Origin: a virus
DNA length: 64,000 nucleotides
IMG/VR virus record: IMGVR_UViG_3300045993_000425
Coordinates: 32,001 to 96,000 of that record
Strand: one strand, 5' to 3'
The position numbers and the translations under genes are program-made. Shown here one piece after another: positions 19,223 through 29,600 of this stretch (the first letter of the stretch is position 1; each line of letters opens with the position of its first letter). The notes under the pieces are model-generated. The model was not told the DNA's origin. It did no database searches and saw only the letters and a list, made by a program, of their open reading frames with translations.

Positions 19223-19705
19223 ATGACCAAAACACCCCCCAAGAAGACAGAGAAGCCGCAATCCCAGATCTGCCTTTCCGAGGTACTCAAGGAGCGATCA
19301 GAGAAGACATGTGGAGGTGAGTGTGAGAACTGCACCTGCGATGCCGACGAAAATCTGCTCGTTCTAGCCGATAAGCAGCGAGAGGCACTAGAGCTGATGC
19401 AGCATCTCGTGACGCTGGTGAGTGACGACAAGCCGCTGGTCGATGCCGTCGTTGCGGCTCGCGCCAGGACCGTCGTTCACTACATCATCTTGTCCATGTA
19501 CGACGGTCTCCCGTACAACCTGGATGACTATGAGGTTGCGGTAGGATCTTTCATCGACACTCTCAAGTACCTTGCAGAAGAATCAGACGACAAGGTTGTC
19601 CGCTATATCGCAACCTACGGAAAGTGGGACGTGATCGTCGATGACGAGGAAGCCGTCTCAGTAGACTACAAGGGTGTCTCTGAGAAAGCCCCCAAGGACA
19701 TCTAG
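19223..19705 (+). CDS. Hypothetical protein
   Basis: Follows a TGCTATAGG extended -10; abuts the RNA ligase gene. Confidence 0.6.
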   Translation: MTKTPPKKTEKPQSQICLSEVLKERSEKTCGGECENCTCDADENLLVLADKQREALELMQHLVTLVSDDKPLVDAVVAARARTVVHYIILSMYDGLPYNLDDYEVAVGSFIDTLKYLAEESDDKVVRYIATYGKWDVIVDDEEAVSVDYKGVSEKAPKDI

Positions 19706-20779
19706 ATGGGCAAGTTCCAGGTGCTGGTAGTCGAGGTCGGAGCCATCAAGCCGCATGCTCAAGCAGATCGCCTTAGCTGGGTAACCATCCAAGAGGCAGG
19801 GAATGTTCCTGTCGTATTTCGGACGGGTGACCTAGTAGAGGGGCAGCTAGCTGTCTACTTCCCAATCGACTCTGTCATCCCTGAGAGTGTGCCTGGCACT
19901 AGCTTCCTTGGTTCGCACAGGCGAATCAGGGCAATGCGACTCAGGGGAATGTACAGTGAGGGGCTCATCCTGCCAGCCCAGAACGTCCTCGACAAGCCGG
20001 TGAAGGGGCAGGATGTATCCTCCTTCCTTGGGGTCAAGAAGCACGAAGATCCGATCCCGGTCAAGATGGGAGGCGAGCAGGTAGCCAATCCAGGCTTGCC
20101 CACCTACGAGGTCGAGTCTCTAGGTGGGTTCCCATGCATCCTTTCTGAGGATGAAGATGTAGTCATCACAGAGAAATTGCATGGAACCAACGCTCGCTTC
20201 GCTCTCGTCGATGGACGGTTCTACGCTGGTAGTCATCACTGCTTCTGGCGAGACATGAGGAGCGGCTGGCGGGAGTGGAAGCGTTGGGGCGAGAACCTGC
20301 TTCGACGCCTGAAGAAGGAGACACCTCGCCCTCCCCCACTCGACAATGTCTACTGGCAGATCGCCAGGAAGCACGACCTCGAGGAGAAGATGTATCGGGA
20401 GGGGTACTATGACTTTTCTATCTATGGCGAAATCTTCGGGGATATCCAAGACCTGAAGTACGGCCACGGCAAAGGCGAGATCAGCTTCTATGTCTTCGAT
20501 GTATGGGACAGTCAGAAGAAGGGCTGGCTGGGCTGGGACGACACTGTCGAGGTGGCTCGCAGGATGGGTCTAGCTGTCGTTCCTGTCCTCTACCGGGGTG
20601 CCTACCATGACGGCCTCCTCAAGAAGCTGGTCGACGGAGATAGCATCCTGGCGAGCCACATCCGAGAGGGCATCGTCCTCAAGACCACAGCAGAGAGCGA
20701 GCCGGGAGTGGGGCGTTTCATCATCAAGATGGTCAGCCAGCAGTACAAACTACGCAACAATCCGAGCGAACTGAAATGA
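19706..20779 (+). CDS. RNA ligase (Rnl2/DRB0094-like) with N-terminal OB/tRNA-binding domain
   Basis: 'IKPHAQADRL', motif I 'TEKLHGTN', 'IYGEIFG', 'FYVFDV', 'REGIVLK'. Confidence 0.9.
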   Translation: MGKFQVLVVEVGAIKPHAQADRLSWVTIQEAGNVPVVFRTGDLVEGQLAVYFPIDSVIPESVPGTSFLGSHRRIRAMRLRGMYSEGLILPAQNVLDKPVKGQDVSSFLGVKKHEDPIPVKMGGEQVANPGLPTYEVESLGGFPCILSEDEDVVITEKLHGTNARFALVDGRFYAGSHHCFWRDMRSGWREWKRWGENLLRRLKKETPRPPPLDNVYWQIARKHDLEEKMYREGYYDFSIYGEIFGDIQDLKYGHGKGEISFYVFDVWDSQKKGWLGWDDTVEVARRMGLAVVPVLYRGAYHDGLLKKLVDGDSILASHIREGIVLKTTAESEPGVGRFIIKMVSQQYKLRNNPSELK

Positions 20780-20982
20780 GCGACCTCTCATGGAAGGTAG
20801 GTGGGTACACCTCGGTCGCCTACCTGCCTCCTCTGACTCTCATCACCTGGAGGTCGCAAGACAACCAGTGGCTCTGGATGATCGTGGGGGCTTTCAACCA
20901 AATCCTCAGGCATGGGCACTCACCAGACGAGGAAACGGCTCGCCAGACGGCCCAGGAGCACGCAGGAGCAACGAAGCCATGA
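20776..20982 (+). CDS. Hypothetical protein
   Basis: ATGA overlap with the RNA ligase gene. Confidence 0.55.
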   Translation: MSDLSWKVGGYTSVAYLPPLTLITWRSQDNQWLWMIVGAFNQILRHGHSPDEETARQTAQEHAGATKP

Positions 20983-21470
20983 CCCGCCGACGAATACTCA
21001 TCCTGATACCAGACTCACGTCCTGACAGCTCTGGAGAGGTTTGGGAGGGTGCCGACATCCAGCTCCCAACTGGTCTAGTGCCAGTGGCCATCGACAGTCG
21101 GCTCGATGACCCCCTAGCACAGGTCGGAAACGCTACCGTAGTCAAGTCTCCAGATGGTCTGATTTATGCAGATGTCGCCTTCAGCGGGAACGCCGGTAGA
21201 CCCTGCTTCCACTATGTCCTAAAGCAGATGCGAGCCTACATCATCGGAGACATCAATGGGCTCGAGCAGAGAGGGCACCATCGCCTGATTAGGAAGGCCG
21301 TCGTAAAGGCTATCGGGTTCACGATGGGGCTCAACGCAGACCGCAGAATCCCGACACTCTCTGCCCAGGGATTCTGGCCAGATATCCCCAACCCTCCTGC
21401 GGTCAAGAGAGGGCTACGCCTAGTCAGGGATGAGCCAGCCAGCGACCCAGATGCACCTCGCTCTGCCTAG
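20979..21470 (+). CDS. Hypothetical protein, weak resemblance to the HK97-type prohead-protease fold
   Basis: ATGA overlap; 'PDSSGEVW..VPV..VGNA..DGLIYAD'. Confidence 0.45.
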   Translation: MTRRRILILIPDSRPDSSGEVWEGADIQLPTGLVPVAIDSRLDDPLAQVGNATVVKSPDGLIYADVAFSGNAGRPCFHYVLKQMRAYIIGDINGLEQRGHHRLIRKAVVKAIGFTMGLNADRRIPTLSAQGFWPDIPNPPAVKRGLRLVRDEPASDPDAPRSA

Positions 21471-21499
21471 AAAGCAAAAGGGCCGGTTTCCCAGCCCTT
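21471..21499 (-). terminator. Rho-independent terminator after the tail tube gene
   Basis: Minus strand AAGGGCTGG-GAAA-CCGGCCCTT followed by TTGCTTT. Confidence 0.75.
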
Positions 21500-21527
21500 A
21501 GTGCGTTCAGACTGTGGAAACAGTCAG

Positions 21528-22028
21528 CTAGCCACCGGATGCATGAACCGCAAGGTCCATCGAGTCGGTTGGTTCTTCGTTCGTATCCGCCGTCTCGTCG
21601 GTGTAGACAAGACCCTGGAACGTCACGGTGAACTCCTGAAGCGACCGAGGAGACACCTGGCTCGAGAAGCCGGTCGCCTTGCAGTTGCTGACCTTCATGA
21701 TAGTAGCCTTTGCAGGATCAGCAGCGGAACGGTCTGTCAGCTCGATGGAAATGTCCTCGTAGGTGAGCATCTCAGTCAGCTTCGGAATCAGCTGCACGCC
21801 GGAAGTGCTGCCAAACGCTCCCTGGTCCATGATGCGGAAGCCGGCTGCTGTAACGCTGACTACCTCGGCTCCGGTATAGACGAGTTCGGCAGCCGAAAGA
21901 CGACCGATGATGTAGACTGGGGCGACATCGAGGTTCACGTTCCAGCTGCAATTGGCGAAGAAGCCGACCTTCTTGCCGGAAACCGACAGGATGGCTCGTG
22001 CGCCATGAATGACTTTAGAAGCTGCCAT
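21528..22028 (-). CDS. Tail tube protein
   Basis: 166 aa directly after the sheath; 'HGARAIL..GKKVG..PVYIIGR..ELVY'. Confidence 0.85.
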   Translation of the reverse strand: MAASKVIHGARAILSVSGKKVGFFANCSWNVNLDVAPVYIIGRLSAAELVYTGAEVVSVTAAGFRIMDQGAFGSTSGVQLIPKLTEMLTYEDISIELTDRSAADPAKATIMKVSNCKATGFSSQVSPRSLQEFTVTFQGLVYTDETADTNEEPTDSMDLAVHASGG

Positions 22029-22047
22029 CTATCTATCCTCTTCTTTC

Positions 22048-23841
22048 TTACGCGGACTGAGTCGGCTGCGTGAGCAGGAACCGAATCGGGATGAAGTAAA
22101 CGCCGGTCCCAGGCTTGATTTCAGCCGACACCAGCATCGCTGGGGGGCTGATCTGCACGCTGGCGTTCTTGTAGCCACCAGGCGCGTCGTCGCTAGAAAC
22201 CATCAGCTTGAGCCGGTAGAGCTCGCTCAGAATGCTCTTGAGGTAGCTCAGAGCGATTGCGGCAGACACATCTGCGAAGTTCTGGCCGATGAAGGCCTTC
22301 TCCATCTTGTCCGAAACCGTCATGGCGATGGTGTCAGCGGTGTAGACGGCCTGGATGCTGTTGTAGACGAAGTTGTTGTCATATCCGTAGGTTGTCTGGT
22401 CAGAGACGAATGACATGACACCATCAGACATCCGAGGAGCCAGGATGAGGAGGCCATTTCGGATGGCATCCTCGAGTGCATCCTGGTTCTCGACTACGAA
22501 GTCGCTCTTGGGGGCGCGGCTGCCGTAGACGTTGAGAGCCTTGTTGAAGATCGGGCGGTAGCCTGCGCTGGCCTGCATCGCTGCCGCGACGACTGCACAA
22601 GCCCACGGCTGGAACCAAGTCAAGGTGCCGCTAGCGTTCGGCTGTAGAGTATCGAGGTAGCTGAGAGCCATCCGAGCCGAGCCCATCTGCTGCGCCTTTG
22701 CCTTTGCGTTGGCGTAGGTGTCGCTGACACTCGGGAAGCCCTGACGCGGCTTGCGCTGCTTGAACTGCGAGCAGTAGCTCAGGTGCGTCGAGAGGGCCGC
22801 ATTGACACCAGCGATGGTGTAGGTCGAGGAGGAGTCGGTAGCTCCGATAGCAATGTCACCGGTTGTCGCAGTGGTCGCATCCTGGCTGAAGAGAGTAACG
22901 ATAAAGTTCGCCCGGAGACGAGCCGCCTGGTCAAGAGCGGCGATGACGTTGGAATCGTAGGTGTGGCCGAGGGCCCCACCATTCAGGAAGGTGATGGTTT
23001 GTGAAGCCGGAAGACCGGTGTTCGGGAAGATCGTCGAATCGACCGAAACCAGACGGCTGGTAGCAATCGCCTGCATGAAGTCGAAGGCATCCTTCTTGAC
23101 ACTGAAGCCACCACCAGAGACATCGGCTCCGCTGACCTCATCTAGAACGAACGGAGAAAGCTGCGAGTAGACAGGAGTAACAGTCGCAGACCAGCCCTTG
23201 GAGGTGATGAAGGCAGCTAGGTCGCCTAGAGTCTTGAAGTCGGAAAGACCAGCCGTCCAAGCAGAAACTCCGTTGCTGTAACCAGTGATGGATGTCGCAC
23301 CGATAGTCATAGTAGGTACGGTTGCACCGCTAGATACCAGCATAGCAACCGACCCACCAACAACGAACTGCTCAGAAATGTTGTCATTCTTGCGAGCGAT
23401 TGTGATGGTCGATGAGCCGCTTGAGGTAGCTACAGTGACAGAGATGAGGTTGCCATTCTTTCCGGCTGACTTTGCATCCAGCTTGGCGTAGCCGCCGGTA
23501 AGGGTTGTCGACGCCTTGGTGCCCTGGTTCGTCTTGATGAGGACGATCTGGGTAGGGCTGCCCTTGACCTGTGGGTCCTTGGAAGGAGCGCAGGCGAGGA
23601 GGTACGCATCGACTAGGCGACCCGACCCGAACTTGGCAACTACATCAGCCTTCTGGGAGGGACCATAGACGCTAGTCGAGGTTACATCCTCATCGAGATA
23701 GCTGGGACCATCAGAGGCCTCACCGACGAGGACAACGACACCGGTAGTCGAGGTGCCAGACGTGCTGGGAGCCACGTCCCACTTAGCTGGTGCGCTCGGA
23801 ATGTAGAGCGTGCCGTCTGTAGTAGTGTACGAAAGAGCCAT
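22048..23841 (-). CDS. Contractile tail sheath protein
   Basis: 597 aa; 'VVLVGEASDGP', 'KFGSGRLVDA', C-terminal 'DQTTY..NSIQAVY..FIG..YFIPI'. Confidence 0.9.
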   Translation of the reverse strand: MALSYTTTDGTLYIPSAPAKWDVAPSTSGTSTTGVVVLVGEASDGPSYLDEDVTSTSVYGPSQKADVVAKFGSGRLVDAYLLACAPSKDPQVKGSPTQIVLIKTNQGTKASTTLTGGYAKLDAKSAGKNGNLISVTVATSSGSSTITIARKNDNISEQFVVGGSVAMLVSSGATVPTMTIGATSITGYSNGVSAWTAGLSDFKTLGDLAAFITSKGWSATVTPVYSQLSPFVLDEVSGADVSGGGFSVKKDAFDFMQAIATSRLVSVDSTIFPNTGLPASQTITFLNGGALGHTYDSNVIAALDQAARLRANFIVTLFSQDATTATTGDIAIGATDSSSTYTIAGVNAALSTHLSYCSQFKQRKPRQGFPSVSDTYANAKAKAQQMGSARMALSYLDTLQPNASGTLTWFQPWACAVVAAAMQASAGYRPIFNKALNVYGSRAPKSDFVVENQDALEDAIRNGLLILAPRMSDGVMSFVSDQTTYGYDNNFVYNSIQAVYTADTIAMTVSDKMEKAFIGQNFADVSAAIALSYLKSILSELYRLKLMVSSDDAPGGYKNASVQISPPAMLVSAEIKPGTGVYFIPIRFLLTQPTQSA

Positions 23842-23862
23842 CTGAGTCTCCTATCGACAGTT

Positions 23863-23869
23863 AGATTAC
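23863..23869 (-). promoter_or_regulatory. Putative late promoter motif GTAATCT
   Basis: 21 nt upstream of the sheath ATG, with an AGGAGA RBS in between. Confidence 0.6.
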
Positions 23870-23881
23870 TGTCAAGACTGC

Positions 23882-25507
23882 TTACAGCCCAGCGGCGCCA
23901 GGCGCCTTGGGTGGCTTGGGAGCCGGTGGTGTAGGGGTTGGGGGCTTCGGGGATGCAGAGGGCGGCTTGCTGGTGTTTGGTCCCTTGGGAAGGGCGGCTG
24001 GAGGCTTAGGAGCCATGCCTGGGGCTTTTGGAGCCATACCTGGGGCCTTGGGCTTGGAGCCAGGAAGCTCAAGCTTGGCAAGGAGCTTACCCTTGGCGAT
24101 TTGCCCGCCAGAGCCAGGAGCCTTGTGAGTCTTGATCTCACTGGCCTTCTCAGGTACTCCCTTACCTTCGCACTTGCAGTCTTCACAGCCACAGGTCTTG
24201 CAGCAGGAGGACTTCTTCAGGGTCGAGATGATCTGCTTCTCAGCCTTGCCGAGCCGACGCAGTGAGCCGCCATTGTTCTTGGTCGCGCTCCACCTCTTGG
24301 CAGCCTTCTCATTCGGCTCCATAGCCGATTTCTCGGTAGGGGCGATGGCTGACTTCTCCATCGAGAACTTGCTGCACTTCTCATTGTGCTTCCCATTGCC
24401 GCTGCACTCAGCGCACTTCTCTTCCTTGTGGATCTTGGAGTCGAGCCCGTGCTCCTTCACTGGTGCTGGCTTTACATTGCCATGCTGACCTGGGAGCTTG
24501 CCGTAGCTACCATGTTTGACCGGCTTTTCCTTGATAGGCTCGATCCCCTGGTGGGCTGGCTTCTCGGACTGCATCAACGGCTGCGTTCCACGCTTCCCAG
24601 CACAGTGGCGACAGGAGGGGGTCTGACAAGTCCAGCTAGCACTGCCAGAGCATCCCTGCTGGTGCTGGCCACGAAGCCCACAGCTCACACACTCTCGGTC
24701 AGCTAGAGGAACCTTACCGAGGATCTCATGCGGATGGAATGGATACGGACTGCCTACTGGAGCAGCCTCTACCTGCTGCTTGATCAACTTGAACATCTGT
24801 CCGCTACCCATGTTCTTCTCCAGACGGCCTGATTTAGCCAGTTCACGCTGTCGGAGTCCCAACAGCAGCTGGTGATATGTTTCCACGACTGACTTGAGAA
24901 CCTGCTGCGCCGCCCCAGCTGGGCTGACATCAGTCAAATGCTTGCCTAGTTCCTCTAGAGGGATGGCTGGGTTCTCAAAGTCGATATTGTACTTGAAGAA
25001 ACCATTGACACCAGCACTAGGTGGCATGACCGTGTAGTAGTCTTGAGGCTCGGTGTCGAACTTCTCGATGCCTTCAATGGGTGGAGTGCAGTGATTCTTC
25101 GCTGGGCCGTTCGTAAACACTAGGAAGTTCTTGCCATTCATGCGAACAGCAACCGACTCCTGGCCGAAACGCTCCCCAATTCTAGCGAGCTGCTCAATGC
25201 TAGCCCCATGCACGATCCAAGACTGCTCCGGTTTACCGTACTTGCCCCGAGTTGGCTCAATTTCAGTCAAACCCTCCTGAAGGAGAGCTCGACCCATAGC
25301 CTCATGGCCTGACTCAATCGGAGCCTGGGAACTAATAGGGTTCTCACCACTCAGAATCCCAACAGGACCAGGACCAAATACCCGAAAAGGATGATCCGAC
25401 TGACTAAATGGCTTGGCTACCGCTCCAGGCTCCTGGGGCGTCCCCTGCTCCTGACTAGGAGGAGGGAGAGTGTTCGGATGAAACGACTGAGTAGCGGAGT
25501 CGGCCAT
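23882..25507 (-). CDS. Putative internal head protein with N-terminal SAM-lyase/DUF3293-like domain and low-complexity Lys/Pro-rich tail
   Basis: 'GILSGENP..GKYGKPEQSWIV..IGERFGQESV'; many LxK(S/A) motifs; ATG 7 nt after GTAATCT. Confidence 0.55.
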   Translation of the reverse strand: MADSATQSFHPNTLPPPSQEQGTPQEPGAVAKPFSQSDHPFRVFGPGPVGILSGENPISSQAPIESGHEAMGRALLQEGLTEIEPTRGKYGKPEQSWIVHGASIEQLARIGERFGQESVAVRMNGKNFLVFTNGPAKNHCTPPIEGIEKFDTEPQDYYTVMPPSAGVNGFFKYNIDFENPAIPLEELGKHLTDVSPAGAAQQVLKSVVETYHQLLLGLRQRELAKSGRLEKNMGSGQMFKLIKQQVEAAPVGSPYPFHPHEILGKVPLADRECVSCGLRGQHQQGCSGSASWTCQTPSCRHCAGKRGTQPLMQSEKPAHQGIEPIKEKPVKHGSYGKLPGQHGNVKPAPVKEHGLDSKIHKEEKCAECSGNGKHNEKCSKFSMEKSAIAPTEKSAMEPNEKAAKRWSATKNNGGSLRRLGKAEKQIISTLKKSSCCKTCGCEDCKCEGKGVPEKASEIKTHKAPGSGGQIAKGKLLAKLELPGSKPKAPGMAPKAPGMAPKPPAALPKGPNTSKPPSASPKPPTPTPPAPKPPKAPGAAGL

Positions 25508-25514
25508 GTTTGGT

Positions 25515-25521
25515 AGATTAC
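25515..25521 (-). promoter_or_regulatory. Putative late promoter motif GTAATCT (leaderless)
   Basis: 7 nt upstream of ATG 25507. Confidence 0.6.
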
Positions 25522-25526
25522 CGGCG

Positions 25527-26270
25527 TTAGAGGACGCCACTGAGGATGTCTTTGTTCATTAGCGTAGCGATGTCAGAGATCTGCGAGATGACTTGTTTGT
25601 TGGGTGCTGTCATAACAACCGCAGAAGGAGGCATATTGGCAATGATCTCGCTTGCTGTGCCCGATTTATCCAGAGCGTCATACCAAGTATGCCGCACCTT
25701 CCCTGTCAGGTTGAGAGAGCGAGTGTAAACCTGCTCCATCTCTACCCCTTCTACCTGAGTCAGGGGTCCCACTTGGAACGAACTCACCATGAATCCTCTC
25801 TGGTCCAAGTAGCGGAACTTCACTTGCATTAGGGAGTACATCATGATGCTGTACAGGAAGAGGCAGTACTCTACCTCGGAGTGGACAAAGCAGGCGATGG
25901 TGTACTGCTCGTTAGCTGTTACGCCGAACTTAGGCCTGAAACTGTTTGGGTCTACGATATCTGCCTGACTGATGCTGTCCCAATCGATGTCGCTTAGGGT
26001 TGACTCGCCTTCTGGAGCGGACCCGAGAGCGATGGCAATGCATGGCAGGTCTGCCTGTCCTACCTGTAGGCCTAGCCTGACCGAGATCTTGGTCTTGGTG
26101 AACCAATCCTTGCACTGCTTTAGGGTCTTGTCCCCATACTTGTCCTGCGTCAGAGGGTCGGATAGCAGCTCCTCGAGCATATTGTCGATCAAGTCTGGGT
26201 TTGACCTGACCTCGAGGAGCCCAGCTCGCACAGCTTCTCGAATAAGTAGGTCACTCTGGACGATTCCCAC
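25527..26270 (-). CDS. Putative tail terminator/completion protein
   Basis: 'DLPCIAIALG..E', 'VYTRSLNL' pattern; upstream of the sheath. Confidence 0.55.
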   Translation of the reverse strand: MGIVQSDLLIREAVRAGLLEVRSNPDLIDNMLEELLSDPLTQDKYGDKTLKQCKDWFTKTKISVRLGLQVGQADLPCIAIALGSAPEGESTLSDIDWDSISQADIVDPNSFRPKFGVTANEQYTIACFVHSEVEYCLFLYSIMMYSLMQVKFRYLDQRGFMVSSFQVGPLTQVEGVEMEQVYTRSLNLTGKVRHTWYDALDKSGTASEIIANMPPSAVVMTAPNKQVISQISDIATLMNKDILSGVL

Positions 26271-26278
26271 AATGTCTC

Positions 26279-26593
26279 CTAAGCGTGGTCGACAACTTGA
26301 AGGTTGAAGATGTAGGTGTAAGCATCCTGAGTCGCAACATTCGCGACTCTCATGGCACCAAACAACAGCCCAGCAGAGGCGATGGTGTTCGATGGCAGAT
26401 GGACGACCGCATAGGTGGTGTCAGGCTGGGCGACTTGACCTGTAAGCTCAAGAACCGGTGTGACATCCGATACCTGCTGCCGTAGGGTGAGGGTCACGGT
26501 GAAGCCAGTTAGGGACAAGAAGGTTCCCCCGAGTACTCTGACTCGCATCCTGAATGTTCTACTGTCGTTTTTTGGCAGCTTTACTGTTGTCAT
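26279..26593 (-). CDS. Small BppU-N-like Ig-fold virion protein
   Basis: 'NDSRTF..SLTGFTVTLTLR' pattern. Confidence 0.5.
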   Translation of the reverse strand: MTTVKLPKNDSRTFRMRVRVLGGTFLSLTGFTVTLTLRQQVSDVTPVLELTGQVAQPDTTYAVVHLPSNTIASAGLLFGAMRVANVATQDAYTYIFNLQVVDHA

Positions 26594-26601
26594 AGGTTCC
26601 T

Positions 26602-26608
26602 AGATTGC
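26602..26608 (-). promoter_or_regulatory. Putative late promoter motif GCAATCT (leaderless)
   Basis: 8 nt upstream of ATG 26593. Confidence 0.6.
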
Positions 26609-26610
26609 CT

Positions 26611-29600
26611 TTAGCAGCCCTGGTTTGGGTCTTGCTTTACCTGCCAGACATCGTCATCCAGCTGCCTAATGAACGACTCATCTAGTAGGTCGAAGAGAAG
26701 CTCCTCGGTCCATCCAGAAGCAATGAAGAGAACATCCGTAGGCCTCCAAGGCTGCTGGTAGACCTGTAGGTCGGTGCGGCTAGCCCTCCCCATCGTCCCG
26801 ACAAACTGGACAAGTGCGCTGCCGCTACCGGATCGTCCAGAGAATCCGAATCCTCGGGGCTCAATAATGCCCGAGCGACCAGCAAAACTGCCCTGGAGGA
26901 TCGGCAAGCTGGGTAGAGTGGTCGAAGACCTAGCCGCCAGGGCATTCCCTACCAGACCCGATGCGGTAGTAGAGCGCACCTGCGTGCTGTAAGCCTCGAG
27001 TACAGTGGAGCCTGACCGACCCTGCTTGCCTGCAACCTGGGGCACGGCAATGGTGGACCTACCAGATGTCCTACTCAGGTTGACAGTCGTCGAGCTAGAC
27101 CTGAAGGAAGCGGTCGAGGCTCCAGGGAGCACTCGACCAGACCTGGCGGCTGTCCCTAGTAGTTGATCAATTGTGTGAGGTAACGTCACACCAGAGCGAC
27201 CAGAAATGGTTGGTTTGTCGACGTTCGCGATTCGCGAACTGCGAACGGCACCCTCAACGGCCTGGAGAACCGTTCCAGACCGACCAGCTAGCCGGATCGC
27301 ATCAGGAAGGACTGTTCCAGAGCGTGGATAGACCCCAGTGGCTTGTGGCTGGGTCGTGGAAGCTCGACGCAGGCTGGCTAGGTTCAGGAGAGAGGCTAGA
27401 CCAGAGCGGCCAGCCATCTTGACTGCCGTGGCCAGAGCGGAGGAGCTACGGCCAGCCATCTGGGTTGCGATCAGATTCGCTGTCCCAGACCTGCCTGGGG
27501 CACCTGATAGGTCTGGCAGAGCTCCACCAGACCGGCCCGACATCAAAACCTTCTGGAGCGATGAGGTAGCCGAGCGTGCGGTGGTCTGGGAGTGCCAAGG
27601 CAAGGCAGAGGCGAACCCGGCTCGACCGGAGATCTTTGTGGCCTCAGGAGTGACAGCCGCAGACCTGAGGGAGCTAGCTAACCTCTCTGGCGGGATGCCA
27701 GCCTCGACCTTACCAGACCGTGCATTCTGCCTCTGGGTGGCGATATTGATCCACTCAGACGTGGTCACCCCTCCAGCCTCGGCCTGGATCAGCATTCGAG
27801 AGGTGGTCTGAGCTGAAGCGGACCTCCTCGAGCCATAGCTAGTCGTCAGGTAGAGCTGAATGGTTGCGCTACCGAGCTGGGTCGTTGGGCCTTCACTGGT
27901 TGCCAGCAGGATGAAGCCTTGACGCAGAGCGGCAGAACCAGAGCGACCACCTAGAGTGATAGCCAGACCAGAGTCTAGGCCTACTACTGTGGCTACCGCT
28001 GGTACTGCACCGACCTCCTGCCGAAGAACCGTATCACTGGAAGAGATGGTTGCGGTGGCTGCAACGACACCCTGCTCTGGCTTGGTGATGGTGTCGGAGG
28101 CGATTGCAGTAGCGGTTGCGGGGGTCGAACCGAACTCCCCCAGCACCAGACCATCGCTACCTGCGACCTGGGGAACCCCTACAGCAGAGACGAGGTCAAC
28201 GAAGTGTCCTACATCGGTGCTGTTGACTACTGCCTGAGCTGCTACGGTCAGGGTGTCGCCAACGATCTTGTCGTCTACTCCGACGATAGTCGCAGTAGAT
28301 GAAGCACTCTCTGCACCAGCTAGGATAGCTAGGTCGACCCCAGTGGCCAGAGCGTCTACCGCGATGTAGTTTCGTTCGTTCCTGGTGACCTGCTCGACGA
28401 CCGAGATGTTCGCTGCTGCTCCGACCGTCTCAGAGCCTGAAAGGGTTGCGACCTCGGCGTTGCTGACACCTACCGTCGCTGCGTTGGTCGCTGTCTCTGC
28501 TTCAGAAAGAGCGTCGAGCGAAGCGGTGGCAGCCTGGGCACCAACCGCTCCAGCCTCGCCTAGAATCCGACTGTCGACCCCAGCGACCGAAACAGACGCG
28601 GCTTCTGTTCCAGAGTCTACAAAGTTGCCTACATCTAAGGCGACAGCGGTGAAGGTAGGAGCGGCTGAAGCGTGCTCGCCATAGCCGACGCTGCTGAAGT
28701 CATCAGCTACGGCCAGGAACGAGGCAGCATTGGTCCCGAACTCGTGCTCATCTAGCCTGTCGGGACCAGAAACTGAGGCCTGACCAGAGACAGTGCCCGA
28801 CTCAGCCCCAGAAATGGCCTCCAGGCCCACCAGACTGAACGTAGCGGCTGTGGTGCCTGTCTCGGTCAGGGCCGTCTGATCGATGCCGCTAGAGGCTCCT
28901 GAAGCCCCTACAGACCCAACATCGACTCCGACTAGGATATCTGACCCGGTCGGAGAGGTTGACGCAGCTACAGATGCCGTCTCGCCTCGCTGGCTGGCAT
29001 CGCTGGCTGCCTGGGATGAGACGGCAGAAACAGTTCCCGTCTCGATGAATCCCTTGATGTCCGTCGCAGAGACAGCAAAGGTAGCTGCGTCGGTGCCTGT
29101 TTCAGCCAGAGTCGTGGCATCTACAGCCGTCTGGTTCGAGGAGGCTGCTACCGATGCCGGCTCGGAGGAAACCTGCGCGTCCGTAGCTGCTGCTGTAGCT
29201 ACAGCCGAAACCGTTCCCGACTCAGGCAGGACCCTGTTATCGGTCGCTGCAATGGTGGCGGTCGCTGCGTCAGTTCCCGACTCGACCAGAGCTAGAGCGT
29301 CGGCAGCTGAAGTGGCCCCAGAGGCCGGTCCAGTTCCTGATTCTCCACCCACACCAGCGTCGGTCGCTGCCGTTGAGCCAGAAGCTGCTACCGTTCCCGA
29401 CTCACCCAGTACTCTAGAGTCAACTCCCGCTACCGAGACGGTTGCGGCATTAGTGCCGGTTTCGTTCTCGAGGTAGCTGTCAGAGGCGACCACAGCGACA
29501 GAGGCGGCATTGGTTCCAACTTCCACCTGAACAACTGCATCGACTCCAGTGACTACACCACCAGAGGCGAGAACCGTGCCGGTTTCGTTGAAGACCCCAG

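Noticed and set aside
17718-19235. 505-aa minus-strand ORF
   Set aside because: Antisense shadow of the strongly codon-biased gene 17793-19193, which has its own promoter and motifs
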